This document shows positions 14,004 through 27,514 of a DNA stretch of 64,000 bases, piece by piece; the stretch's first letter is position 1, and every line of letters starts with the position of its first letter. Source of the stretch: Lytechinus pictus (lineage: Eukaryota); the NCBI RefSeq assembly GCF_037042905.1, contig NC_087245.1:26414001-26478000 (forward strand), written 5' to 3'. The notes beneath the pieces were generated by a model. It did not search any database and had not been told where the DNA came from. It saw nothing but the letters and a program-made list of their open reading frames with translations. A program made the translations under genes and the position numbers.

Positions 14004-16208
14004 ATGTGATCAGCCATCCCTAAACCAATAATAAGTCACCAGGGAAGGTTCTTTGAAATTAGCCAAATTAGAAATTTGGTCTTCAAAAACAAAAAATTGA
14101 AGAAAAAAAAAGCTTATCTGAAAGAATAACTCTACTTCATAATACTTTCAAAATTTCAGGTTGTAAAGTTGATTAGAAAAGAAGATTCAAGAGGTCTTTG
14201 ACACCAGTTTTGAGGACTGCTAGGAAGTATTACTGTGATTGCACAATTTGCACATCTTGTGCTTGAGTGAACCTGAACTTCAAATCTTGCTTTCTCCTTA
14301 TTTTTGAAGCTCTCGCTCAAGTTTCTTCTGCATTCAACCAAGCAATTGTGTGGGATATGCTTTTACAAACCCAATAAAAATCTCAAACTTCACTTTGGGC
14401 AGCTTATTTTTGGTTTTGGTGGTGATTGGTCACATATGGTTGGACAGTAGAAAGCTAAGAAACATTTTTTTTGCGAAAAAAATTGATGAAAAGACAGTGC
14501 ATATTTACAATTATTTCTAGTTTATCTGGGGCCAGTGTCATATAGACTTGTTGGAACTACCATGGAAACCTTGATTGTGATTGGCTGCTGAGGACTGCTA
14601 CCATGTTAGTTGCCATTATGGCAGTTACCATTGTTGTAAATGAAATTCTCACCATTTTGTGGAAAAAAACATTGTAAATATGTAACTTTTCACAAAAATG
14701 GTTAAAACTCACTACAGTAATGTACCTAGCCTTGATCCTTTTGAATGTCAGAAAAACAATATGATATGATTCACATTATATGTTGGCAGGCTTCAACCAA
14801 TTGGCATGATTAATTGGTAGAGGTTGTATTGTTTGTCCTTACAGTCCAAAATATGAAAATCACTTTGAAATGTAGGTATTGTGAGGATGAAATATTGGTC
14901 ATGTATTATTCATAATCACATGACAAAGTCACAAGCAAAAACTCAGGGACTAATAGTTCTATCACAAACTTCATAGGTAAAACCTTGACCTGGTTCTTGA
15001 AAATCAATTTAATCAGTGTGGATGTTATCTTTACTTGAAACAAATTTGTTTAAGTTTTGTATTTTGGACAACTGATTTGTAGATGACTCAGAGAGTTTCT
15101 TGACATTCAGACATTTTACTATATTTCTTATTAAAAGGGTTATTTTAAAATGAAGGGTGAACTTATGAAATGCATTGATGCAGATTTTAATACGATCAAG
15201 TGTGAAATACATAGTTTCATGGGGTATAAATATATTGTGTTTGAATATGAACTCATTCATGAATTTTATTTAAAATAAAAATAGAGTTGATGTACATACT
15301 AAGTACATGAATATTTATGCTCTAACTTTGTTATAGAATTTTTCATTGCTTGCAAAAAAATGTTTGACATGGTCAATAAAGTCTAATGATTTTAGAATTG
15401 TTGTTTTTCACTTGTCTTCAATACTAGTTCATGACAGGAATCCTTTTTGTATAATTTCTGAGTAGTTTGAGAGAAATTGAAGAAGACATAAGAGGTCTTC
15501 CTGTCTGTGTTTTTACGAGTCAATTCTATAGGGGAAGTTTTGGGGGAAACCTATCAATGGGGAGCTTTGTATTGATCTTTCCTCTCAATGTTGAAGACAC
15601 ACTAAACCTGCATGCCTAAAATCTGATATTATGCAAACCCAGTAGTGTCTTATCAGTGATATCTTCCGACCAAATGATATTTATTTGACATTTATAAGAT
15701 TGTTTATCTTTATAGTCTTTTTTTTAAACAAGGTAAAAAGAGTAAGTTTGACTCCAATGGCCGTGGTTCACTCATGATCTATCATTTTGGTTATGTGTGA
15801 ATATGTTGTGTCGCGGCGCATTCTTCGTAATTGGTTCATGTGCATACACGTCGTTGCAGGTACACTCCAGGACATTCATCTAGGCGATATTTGAATGAAG
15901 GCTTGTTTTACTGTTGTTAGATTCTGTATATTTGGTCAAGCTTCAACCAGTTTTCCAATATGTAAAATGGGAACTCAGACTGGAGGGTAACATTACGTAG
16001 TGTAGGGTGACCTTGGCCCAGGTTCACCTATAAGCACTGTATGTATAAAGTAAATGTACTCTATGTAGAAAAAATTGTTGGATTGCCAAAGGGGCATAGG
16101 GGATCAGGTGATTTTGGAAGCTCGATTAATGGAACTGACAGGATGTGGACTTGTAGAAACATTGTAATAATGACATCTTTTCCTGTTTTTGTTTTTTGTT
16201 TGATTTAG

Positions 16209-16289
16209 CAATTTGTATCTGATCGAAAGGTTGATGAAGAGATAGGCAAGGCTCTGAGGTACACATGGAATCCAGACCAAATTGTTGAG
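16209..16289 (+). CDS. SPATS2: SPATS2-family protein, conserved exon (absent from ORF track)
   Basis: TTTAG acceptor, GTAAGA donor, 81 nt. QFVSDRKVDEEIGKALRYTWNPDQIVE resembles SPATS2 HFVSERKYDEDLGRVARF. Confidence 0.88.
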
Positions 16290-17331
16290 GTAAGAATCCA
16301 GGGAAAAACATTTCACTGGGGCTCGGTACAAATTTACCCCCCCCCCCCCCAAATGCCCTAAAGATCCCTCAAAAACTAAAAAAAGATTCCCTGAAATTTC
16401 CTAAAGGTCCATTGTACACTTAAATGTAGCAAATTTTTGGCTGGTATGCTCAAAAGTGGCCTTGGAAAAGAAAATACACTGTTTTTCGTGTAAGAATATC
16501 ATATTAGATTTTATATGTTGAATGATGTTTGACTGTTATAGGACAGGGGGACTGTAATCCAAGAAGGTCAATTGCACAAGGGGCATATAATAGACTCGCA
16601 TGCTGTTTGATAATCTTGATAATATAGTACCTTTTTACCTAAAATATTGAAATAAAACTATGAAATTAGGAAGTTAGGTATACAGGTGAAAGTTATAATA
16701 TTTTCTGACAACAGAAATCGATAGATTTAGGGGAAATTCTACTTAGAAAAGATATTGTAACGTATGTTTTGCATTATCTGGGCTCCGTAACACAAAAGAT
16801 AACTATTGATCATACGCTTGATTTTTACGAGTGATTGTACATTGTAGTCAATGCAATCAATCGTGAAAATTTGTTTTAAGATCATTGCTAAGCTTTGTGT
16901 TACGGGCTCCTGGTCTAAAAAAATTGCTTTGACTGGGTGAGGAATTGACCTATGGAATTTTGACTTGTATGTTAGTTTACCTGTATATGGCCATTTGGTC
17001 TTTTTTTTTTGGACAATTTGATTGTGTTTTTAGTTGTTTTCTGTAACTTCTTAGCTACTAATTGTAAAATTGTTTTGTACCGGAGATGTGTTTCTCTGAG
17101 ATAACAATGTGTATATGAACTGCACATTTCAATGGCCTTTGAAAGCATTTCAAAAAATGATATGTGATTGTAAGGTACAATGTCTGTTTGAATTGAAATG
17201 CTCATACTCACTAGGAAAGGCCATGCTCTTTTTTGAAATTTGCATTTCCAGCATGTAAGTGCATTTAGGAGATTTGTTATGTTAAGTTCTGCCAAGGCTG
17301 ATAATGACCTTCATGTCTCATTTATGAACAG

Positions 17332-17604
17332 CTGATCAAGAGCTTCGGTGAGGTCATCCCCGTCCAGCATCATTACACCACCCGTCGTCCATCCATCTCA
17401 TCTCTGTCCAGTATCAACACCATGTCTAGGACCACTTCGGTCAGTGAGGACCATGGTCCACTCTCTGCTCGTAGTATCAGCCTGACAGAGAGTCAGGACT
17501 CCACCACCATGGGCAAACCTCTGTCACCGAAGCCAGCCAACGATATGGACATGAAGGCAGAGGTGGCCGAGATGGCAGCCAAGCTACAGAGGTCCATGAC
17601 ACAG
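17332..17604 (+). CDS. SPATS2: SPATS2-family protein, Ser-rich exon
   Basis: ACAG acceptor, GTTAGA donor, 273 nt, phase 0-0. LIKSFGEVIPVQHHYTTRRPSISSLSS resembles SPATS2 SFGQVSHPKNSYSTRS. Confidence 0.85.
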
Positions 17605-17893
17605 GTTAGATACCAATCCATACTCTAATGAGGGCATTGCAAGAAACTCTAATTGGGTCTTAATCTTGCAGTTAATTGCAAATTCGCAGTTGATGGCTGC
17701 TCTGTTTCTAGCCACAGAAAGTGTTTTTTGGCAAGATTACAAATGAATATCAAAATATTTTTGGTCAATGCCAAACAGTTGATTTTATTTCATAGCATGT
17801 TTTCCTTGTAAGTACTAGGAATGCAAGGAAAGAGGTGAGTGACTCTTTTCATTTGCTTAGATATTCATACATGTATTTGTTTTGTTCGTTCAG

Positions 17894-18862
17894 GGTCGTA
17901 AAGGAGCCAGGAACCAAACAGGACCAAACGCAGACAATCAGAATAAAGGAGAAAGGTCCCAACAAACCAACAGAGGTCAAGGGAAAGCACAAGATCAACA
18001 GTCACAGCCAAACCAGGGTCAAGGGGGACCAAACCCCAACAAGCAAGGTCGAAACCAGAACCGGCAAGATAGACCTCAAAGTCAACATGGTTCAAGACAA
18101 GGTCAGCAGGGCCAGCACCCTCAAGATCAGAGGCCTCAAGGTCCCAGACCACAGGGTCAAAGGCCACAAGGTCAAGGTCAGAGGCAGGGTCAGCATCAGC
18201 AGCAGAGGAACGAGTATGAGGAGCACGATGGACAGAGGAGGGAGAATCGAAATGCCAAGAGGCGACAGAACCGAAAGCAAAAGGAGCGTAACCATCAGGA
18301 AGCAGAGGAAGTCTCAGATCCACCCGCCCCCAATGCCACCTCTAGCTCTGGCCTGGAGAGTAAGCCAGAAGAGAAGCATTTAATAGATGAAAGGACAGAT
18401 GCTAGTGATAATGTGCCTGTGTCAACTCATACAGATGATCCCCAACCTGCCAAAGCTCCCGAAGATGCCGATGCATCGAGGGAACTTGGACAAGAAAATG
18501 AAGAGAATAAGCAGGGTCCTATCGATGATGTTAATGTGGAGAGAGAAGTAGAGGAGCCTCACCATTCTAATGAGAAAGACAGTGTGAAAGTCAATGGAGA
18601 GATGAAGGAAGAACCAAAGATGACAAATGGACCATTGAAGAATGGTGATGTCAACATGAATGGCAACATCAAGATCAATGGGGATCTACCTCATGTAAAC
18701 GGGGACATCATCCCCGAAGGTGACGTCAATGGAGACGTAGATGATCCTCTTCCACAAAGAGAGATCAAGTCTCGCCGATCACAGAAAATTGAGGATGTAG
18801 TCAAAGAAACGAGTGCTCTGAATGGCGTCGCTGATTTTGAGCAAACAGAGCGAGAAAATTGA
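17894..18862 (+). CDS. SPATS2: SPATS2-family protein, last coding exon (Q/G/N-rich then acidic low-complexity tail)
   Basis: TTCAG acceptor, in frame with the previous exon, open to TGA at 18860-18862. Followed by a long AT-rich putative 3' UTR with AATAAA near 23638. Confidence 0.85.
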   Translation, partial: GRKGARNQTGPNADNQNKGERSQQTNRGQGKAQDQQSQPNQGQGGPNPNKQGRNQNRQDRPQSQHGSRQGQQGQHPQDQRPQGPRPQGQRPQGQGQRQGQHQQQRNEYEEHDGQRRENRNAKRRQNRKQKERNHQEAEEVSDPPAPNATSSSGLESKPEEKHLIDERTDASDNVPVSTHTDDPQPAKAPEDADASRELGQENEENKQGPIDDVNVEREVEEPHHSNEKDSVKVNGEMKEEPKMTNGPLKNGDVNMNGNIKINGDLPHVNGDIIPEGDVNGDVDDPLPQREIKSRRSQKIEDVVKETSALNGVADFEQTEREN

Positions 18863-20814
18863 GTAGCGTTGAAAGTGGATAGATTGGAGGTAACATAAGC
18901 AGTTGATCAAGTCTAGGGGAGTAAATTCCTAATCACTTTAGGATTACTCCAAAGTAGATGATAAATTAATTGTATTGCATGTTTATTAGCAATCCAGCTA
19001 TGTACTTTAAATGCTGATTCGATTATGAAAACAAAGGATTTGAAACATGCTAGTTGCATTGATATTCAGAGATTGTCCTCTTGACACACCTCTCAGTGCC
19101 AAAAGTTAATTAAAAGATTATTGGTGATAGCTTTTAATCTCGTGAAAATACACTGCTTTTTGGGATCAAAGAAAAGAATGAAAAAAATAGTACCGTATCA
19201 CTGCTTTGTTGGAAGGCACCTTTTTCACTGGTGTCATTGCTTAATCCGTTCCAGTAAATACAAACTTAATTTTACTTCATTTTTTTACTTTGAATGTATT
19301 CCAGCCAATGTTTACTAGGGCCCTCGTAACATAAAGTTTAGTGATTGGCCATAGGGCTGATTTCTATGATTGATTGCATTGATTATTGTGTATGATCAAT
19401 CGCAAAAATCAGCTCCACAATCAATCACTAAGCTTCATGATACAGGGCTCCAGACACTTCAACTTACAAGTCTTTCAAGTTTTTAAACGATTCCTTACTT
19501 GTACAGTCCAAGTGTGTTGACCTCAATATAATCAAGATATTTGGGACGTGGTTCCCTCGCTGCGCATCTGTAGAAACCCTTCCAACCATCAACTTACACA
19601 CATGCCTTTTCTCGTTTATAGACATTTTTTAGAAATCTGCTATCAATGTATTTTCTATTAAAAATCAACACCCTGCATGTATCTATGAGTGCATTATTAT
19701 GAAAATTGAAGTAAATGTAGCATGCTGCAATCACTATCATAGTACAATATTTTTTCCTCTTTTTTTTCTATGCATTTTCATCTCTTGTTCATGTTATGAA
19801 ATGCTTTGAAATTGTTAAAACTCTTTGTTTTTCTCAGAATTTCTGTTACTCTTATATGAGTAATATGTAATCTCAGATGGTTTATTTTTGCATCCCTCTT
19901 TTTCATGATGGTGTAAGAATTTATATTTTAGTTTAGTCGTTGTTTTTAATGATTAGTTAGATATTAGAGAGATTAATTATTTAATGGGACAATTGTGGCT
20001 GATTTCTTGTTAATGTTCATTGAAAGTCCATGTGTATTTTTTTTTATATGTGAAGATATAACTGAGCCAATTTCAGGGGAGTCAAAGCAAGATATATAAT
20101 ATACATAAATATGTTTGCTTTCTCAAATCTGATTGTGTTCGTGATGGCTTAGAAACTAATTAAGGTTTTCATCAATAAAGGCTTTTCAATCAAAGTAAGA
20201 GAGATGATGTAGTTGCCATTCATTGTTTCTTGTAAACTAGTAATATGCGCATACCACATCCTCCAAGTTTGTTGCCAAAAAGGTTTATTTTATTATGTGA
20301 ATACCATTAAACTAAAGTATGTGAAATGATTAGTTACAGGTTCATAATATATTTTTATTTTTCAAAAGGTATACATTTATTCACTCATTTACATCGAGTT
20401 TCATATTATTTTCTAAACAATGATATTGAAAAAGAAATCTGCTCAGGTATACACAATGTATTAGTGTAGAAAACAGTATACAATACCAACAATACTTGTT
20501 TCTATTTTGTAATATAAATATTGAGGATATCATCCAATGCTGTACAGAGAGAAAATGATATATATATATGATACATGTAGTTAGAATGATTGATAGGCGA
20601 ATAGGGATTTATGACAGGTGTAGTATGACTTGGCACGATAAAGTTTTAATGTTTCATTGTTTTGACACAACTGTGACTATTCTGGAAGGACCTATTTTTG
20701 TAAGGAAATTCATTAAAAAATATATAGCTTGGTGGAATTCACTGAATTTATCACTCCTTGATTATTGTTTTCTTTTCATGTAAACTGCTGACAGAGTTGG
20801 AAAGGTCACTCTTA

Positions 20815-21060
20815 TGGAGGCGTGATAGCCCAGTATGGAGAGTGGTGGATTTGGATTCCGGTGACCCGGGTTCAATTCCCACTTGGTACTCTAGTGCCCT
20901 TTGGTAAGGCATTTATCCTCATAACCAGGTCTCTCAGAAAGGACCTTAAGCCTTTGGTCCTCTGGTTTCTTGCTTACAAGCAATAATGCTTTCTGAGCAA
21001 TCAGGTAAAACAAGAAATCACCACCACCACTGAATGATAAGATAATAAGAATAATAAGAT
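20815..21060 (+). mobile_element. tRNA-derived SINE in putative SPATS2 3' UTR
   Basis: A-box-like TAGCCCAGTATGG and B-box GGTTCAATTCCC, followed by a non-tRNA body and a simple-repeat tail (CAC)n/(AATAAG)n. Confidence 0.7.
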
Positions 21061-24000
21061 GCTATATCCAATAGTAAAGATTGGATTGGAATTTATATCT
21101 GCCGCATGAATGATATAATTGTCTTTTTTGTTTCCTCTGAGTTTGCACTTTTAGTTTTAGTTTTGACATGTGTTAACCAACGACATGAATCTATTCACAC
21201 ACAGTGGTCAATGCACGTCAGCACACAAATATTCTGACCAGCACTCAATGTGATATGAGGCCCACTTGGCTTCTACTTGTTTTTTTTTTGTGTGACAATG
21301 AGAACATTGTGGTTTTGATACACACACTTGATATTGGTCCAGGCCAGCAAATTCATTGAGAATCAGTTTATCATCTTATTGGTTGTCAAATTACTAAATT
21401 TCAAAAACAAGAAATTAATGTGTCAACACTGTTTCTGTGTATTTGAAGTGTGACAAATGTCCACTTTTACTACAGCAGACTCGTTGCATTGTCAAATTAC
21501 AACATATTTCTATGCTGTATGATTTAATATAACTCCGACCTGACCAATGCCAGGGTTACCCCAGGGCCAGGTTTCATAAATCTTGTTAATAGTAGAAAAT
21601 GCTAGAAACCAATGGAAACTTTGTTTTTTATCAAAAGTTGATCCGTCAAATTACTGTAGATGATTTAAGTAGCCTGAAACAGTACCTTATAGCTTGCTAT
21701 GAATGGTAAGCTTGGTGAAAGAGGGCCCTGAACAATCAAGACAATGAACATGTTCCTCCAGCATCATATTTCTGTATAGCAAATGTTTTACATTCAAAAT
21801 TTGTAATTCCTTTCGTTGGAGTTTCTTAGAGCAAGTGATGTATATCATTGCAGTGTATTTTGCCCTTTTTGTTTTAAGATTGTTTAATTTTAGGATTGCA
21901 CAAGGTGTGTCCATTGAATTTTTATGCATATAAGCATTCCCAATCCATTGTTTTGTCTATGTAGAAATTGGAGGATTAGATTGGAAAGAAGCCGGGTATG
22001 AATCATGCCATAAGCTGCTACAAAAAGAGATTCAGACTTTTGTAGGGGTACCTTAACCATTGTGAAATTCAATGGGAGTGAAAGTATGGATTCCTATTGT
22101 TGGATAGTCATTGGAATATAACGTGAATAGAACTGCCACAATTAACTATGATGTGAAATGTATGACCGCATTCAATTTTTTTTTTAGATTACATATATGT
22201 CATACATTTTTTTCCCTCTCATTTGTTCTACATATTTTTTCTTGCTGACTTTGTTGTTCTAAAGAAATGGTAAGTCTCGATGATGCCTTAACATAAAGAC
22301 TTGCATGCAAGCAATTATAAGTTTGAAACAACATTCTGATTGGTTGTTAGTGAGAGTTTTGAACAATGTCTTATTGCAACAGTAGTTGTGATTGGCCATT
22401 TTATTGCCATTTTACAATTAACTACAAACATATGTTATAGTAGCCTGAATAGGGCAAGCAAAGTCTCTGTTGCAGTTTCACATAAAGGTACATGAGGAGT
22501 AGGGACAGTTGGTAGCTCACCGTATGGATTTATAAACTAAATATTAACTAGATTGTTTATTATCACTGTGTTGGATGACGGATATTTTCATTTTGGTATC
22601 ATTTCAAGTACAGGAGCAATATTCAGTCCATACATTCCATTTTATATCTTGTACCGATGCCTTTTTAAGTCTCAATATTATTCACGATGTTCCTTGTTTT
22701 GTAGATACATCCTAGTTATAGTTTATAACGTTACCAAAAAAAAAAAAATCATTTTTCCAAGTGAATTATTCATTCTCTTTCTATTTTGTACTTAACTCCC
22801 ATTCATATTTAGTCTTGTATTATATCAATATTATCTTGAAATTCATAGTTGTTTGCAAAGATTGTTCCTATCTTTCTCCATAGGAAGTCTTGCCAACATA
22901 TTTACCCTCATGAAAAAAAATATTGTTGATTTTCTGTCCATGTAAAAAGCATTGATGTACTTTCAATTTTTCAATATTGTCAGTTAAAATCATTGTTATG
23001 CCAGACCTTTCAACCATTCTGAATTTGAAAGAAAGAATATTATTTTTTACCATCCACAGCTCTGTTTTAGATAAGATTTCCTATTTTTTATAGTGTTCAT
23101 GTGCACTCCTGTGGGAAATTGCAATACCTTTCCTATTTCTGGAGCAAAATCATCTTTATTTCTCATTCAGAAAGGTTGGGAGGACTGGTTATACAGAGCC
23201 ACAGCAGGGACCGCTTATTTGAATTCCTCTTTATGACAACACAGTCAATATGTTCTTGATATAATCAAGGATTTTTAATGTTGCTTTCAGTGTGAGAAGT
23301 TTCAATGTATCGTAATGAGAAAACCTACTTCAACAAAGTGCCTTGAAAGACTTAAAACGTGAGATAATTCACATCTTGAATTTTTGTACAAGTTTTGAAC
23401 ACCTTTGGATGTGGCCTTTATTTTCATACAATCCATTTTCTAAAAGTATCCAATAACAAATAGACTTCTGAATTATGTACATTAGCTCCCAGAAGCTTTG
23501 TACTTGTTTCCAGACGATGATGGGTTAAGTGTCAGGCACAAATCGTATGAATTTCCCTTTCAAGGAATTTCCAGTTTTTAATTTATGTTAATTAATGTAC
23601 TTACTATATAATCTGTTATATATTTCTAAGTAATCGGAATAAAGAGTACTCAAGTGTTAAATATATAAATCTTTTTTGTTTATTTGAAGTATATAAATGT
23701 ATAGTACTTATGTTAAAGAAAGCCATACTATGTGTTATATCATTTATCTCAGATTGTAAGATAGATCTTTGTATTATATTTAAATTGTAAATTTCAATTA
23801 TATATTTACTTTATCATTTAAGTTGATGACAAATTGTGTTTGTCTGATGTGAGCACAGATGTTCAGCCACTGCCTATTTATATGAAAAAAAAATAACAGT
23901 CTCATATATGATTTCCAGATCACACAATTTCAAGAAACAACTTTATCACTGCAAGTTAAAAAAAAGTTGTGACTTCTCTTTTCCAAAATTTATTTTCAAC

Positions 24001-25599
24001 GGACCAAGGGATGACATGTATTGTATGGGTAATCAAGAAGCTCTACAGTTGGAACTCACATCATCTAAAGTCTGCATGTGACTTATATCCACCCAAAAAG
24101 AAGAGAAAGGTGATATATAACATTTTTTTGTGAGGGAAAGTCCATATTCTTGGGATAAAATCATAAGGCATCTATTACTGAAGATGAGAGCCCTGTCTTT
24201 TTGGAACAGTGGTGCTATAAGGCACTATGCATCTTTCATGCATTCCCCATTCATTTGTCTACAATGAATTTGAGGATTTGAAAAGACATATGCACCATTC
24301 CCTCGTGGAAGATGAGGCTCTTACTTTTGGTTTTCAGGGGCCTTGTGAATATCACTAGGATTATGCCCTATGGAAACCTGCACATGATCTAATCACATGA
24401 CAAAATAATTGTGAAAATTAATATTTTTTTAAGTGGTATAGATAACAAAATGGTAAAGAGTTAGAGGTTCCATCCTCCACAATTATCTATGAATGTTTCT
24501 TCTTTATTTTTGTAGAGCTGATTGATATTCTGATGAAAAGGTTCATGTTTGTTTTAGGTCTTTGTTTCCTTACATGCGTATAAAGGAAAGGAGAAATATA
24601 TATTACAATGTGCATGTAATGTTTCTAAGATATCTTTGGTTGAAAAAAAAAAACTTGGACAATGACTTTTTGTTGCTTTAAATGTCATTCATGTGTTTGA
24701 CAATATTAAAATTCTTCAAATGTAAGAATATTAAGTTGAAAAGAAGAAAATGATGTGTATTGTTTGTCTTGTTTGTCTGGTCATGATATTTCAGAAGTGA
24801 CATTGGCTAAAGAGATATGGAATATTGATTAATTGCCTGATTGATCCCCCCCCCCCACTTTGAAAATTTTGCAAATTTTATGCATCATAATTTTTGGGGA
24901 ACAATTTTTGTTAGGCTTTGGCCATGTAACTTATTTACAGGGATACAGTCAGTATCTGTATACAAGGTTTTCCTTGGACATATACAATCGATTTGGTCCC
25001 CAATTTCACAAGTGTGCAAGGGGGCAAAAATTGATGAAAATTATTTACAAAAAATTATCCCCCCTGATATATTAATCAGACTGTCAAAACATCTATCATC
25101 TCACAGACTGTCAAAACATCTATCATCTCACAAAACTTCAAAGTAAAGTCTTGGTCTATTCCCTAGATATTAAAATGTTATCAAAAATTTAATTCAATCA
25201 CACGTATGTAATCCTCTAAAGTAGCTTTCCCATGAGTTTATCTCAAAATATGTTTTTGCCTGCTTAAATTTTCTTATGATTGTTCAGGAAATTGTAAAAT
25301 TTTGATTGTGTAGTCAATTTCAAATCAACAAAATATTGCATGTTTGGATTACCATCAATACATAAATTATAATACAACAACGAATATGTATATACATAAA
25401 ACAAATATAACAAATAGTATTTATTAAACTAACAACATCATTCCAAATGGAACCTGCCTAACTCTATTCATGGGTTTCTCCTATTCTATCATTCATGTTA
25501 CTACTTGCCATACTTTTACTCATATTATATCCTAATCATTACTTTTCATTATTAACTTAATTTGGTCTGATGATGTCTTAATGTTTTTCTGGCAATGTG

Positions 25600-25952
25600 C
25601 ATGGGTGGAAATCCCAGGGGGAATTGTCCCCCTACTATTTTGAATGGGGGAGGGACACAATATATAATGTCTCCCCTACTATTTTTGGTCTTTTATGATG
25701 GAAAAAAAATACCTCATTCTAAATCGAAATAACACATGTAGGATCCTATCCTTGAAATTCGAAATATATCGATTTACATTTTGGGTGATAACCTTTTTTT
25801 TTTTTTATTTTGCGTGTCAAATTCATATTGGACGAAATCACCTTACATTTTGGGTGATAACCTTTTTTTTTTCCTTTTCAAATTACTTGGGGAAATTCAG
25901 ACCTGGATCCGCCCCTGTTCCCCCTACATTTGGGGAGATATTTCCGCCCATG
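25600..25952. mobile_element. hAT-type MITE
   Basis: TIR CATGGGTGGAAAT / ATTTCCGCCCATG. 8-bp flanks GCAATGTG and GCAATATG match at 7 of 8 positions. Confidence 0.65.
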
Positions 25953-26941
25953 GCAATATGGACAATCACAGAAGTGGTTTATGGTACATCATGTGGTGAG
26001 TCCTAGAGGTTGAAGTGTGATGTGCAGAGGAAAGAAAGTGAAAGATTGGCAGGTAGAGTATTCTTTTCTGTACATGGGTGTAGTCCTGAAAAAGAAAATT
26101 TGAGAGGCTTAAATTGTTGGAGAGATGAGAGAAGGCTGGCTGAGTTGTGTGGAGTTTCGGAGAAGGAGAGAAGACTTTACGTTTGGGGCAGGTTGACTGT
26201 CTTCTCTTCAATTAGTTATTTAATGTGTAAAATTGTTAAAGGTGTGTGCAATTGTAGGGTTTGCACAAAACCAAATTTTAAGGTGATTATTAAATGACGG
26301 GAATAGCATTATAAAGTGAAATTATTTTTTCTATGTATTTCCCGAGGGCATGCAGGTCAGACATATACCCTTAATTCTTTCTAATTGTTTTTGTCTCTGT
26401 GCAATCATTAAACTACTATTACTCATTCTTGATTTTAGATTATCAACATGTAACACAATGTCTAATAAATATTGTTAATGGTTTTATCCCACAAAATGCA
26501 TGAGATTAAATTTTTGAGGTGCTTCTATTTTCCCAAAAGTGAGAAAACCCATAGGTCTTTCTTTCATACTGAAATTAGCAGTCACTGAAGGCTGAATTGT
26601 ATTTAGTTTGATGTATACAAGAACATTCATCATACAATAACAGTGATAGGCGTAATTATTGATTAATTATTACAGAAAATAGTGATATAAATTTTTGAAA
26701 AGACATGAAAGATGAATTGAATGGATATGCCAAGCACAGGAAGGGGTGTGTTTACAGAATATAGATGGGTGATAAGAGAGAGAAGAAGAAAATGGGGAGA
26801 TACGTGTATATGTAAATATCATTTGCTTGATGAACAATATCAGTAAATTATTATTATTTTCATGTAGCATGAATATCCAATCATCACTTAATATAAGTAA
26901 TGCAGACGTGGGTCCAGAGGGTGGGGGCGGAAGGCCCTCCA

Positions 26942-27091
26942 CAGGGGACGCGGAAGCGGAGGGGGGGGGGGGGGTAAAGCCCCCACCCCCACATTTTTCC
27001 CAAACCATGTTCAAAAACGTAAAAATGACTATATGATTGTGATTTTTTGCATGGTCAGCCCCCCACTTTGAAAACTGTTCCGTGGCCCCTG
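26942..27091. mobile_element. Short MITE with 5-bp TSD (hAT5-like)
   Basis: CAGGGGACGCGGAA / TTCCGTGGCCCCTG termini flanked by CTCCA on both sides. Confidence 0.55.
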
Positions 27092-27514
27092 CTCCATACA
27101 ATTTTCAAAAAGAAAAGACACTCCCTGTGAAATGCCTTCATTAAAAACCTTTTTCTTTGCTTGCTTGTAATTTTTTTAAGGAGACAAAATGCCATTAATT
27201 TGTGAGTGATTAAAAAATTGCTATATTGTAATACGACAGATTCATTTTCATGTAGGCACCTCCAATTATCCCCCCCCCCCCCCCGCTTTATCAAAGATTT
27301 TTAAATTATTCACTTAATTGTAGATTCCAGTATTATATTAAAGGAATTTCGAGGACAATCTCGATTAAGACGTTAGATCATATGATAACATCCGGGGATA
27401 ACATATCCCGGGGGGGGGGGGCACTCGACCAAAAAAGTGGTAGGGGTGTGCCGCGGGCGAGACAAAAAACGGGGGCCTTGGAGCGGCCCAGGACGAAATT
27501 CCATTAGGGTCCAA

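Noticed and set aside
17835..18383. Overlapping 182-aa ORF and antisense ORFs on the last SPATS2 exon
   Set aside because: They are alternate-frame read-throughs of low-complexity coding sequence. Only the 17894 frame is phase-consistent with the upstream exon.
20815..20890. Functional tRNA gene
   Set aside because: A and B boxes are present, but there is no convincing cloverleaf and the sequence continues into a SINE body and simple-repeat tail.
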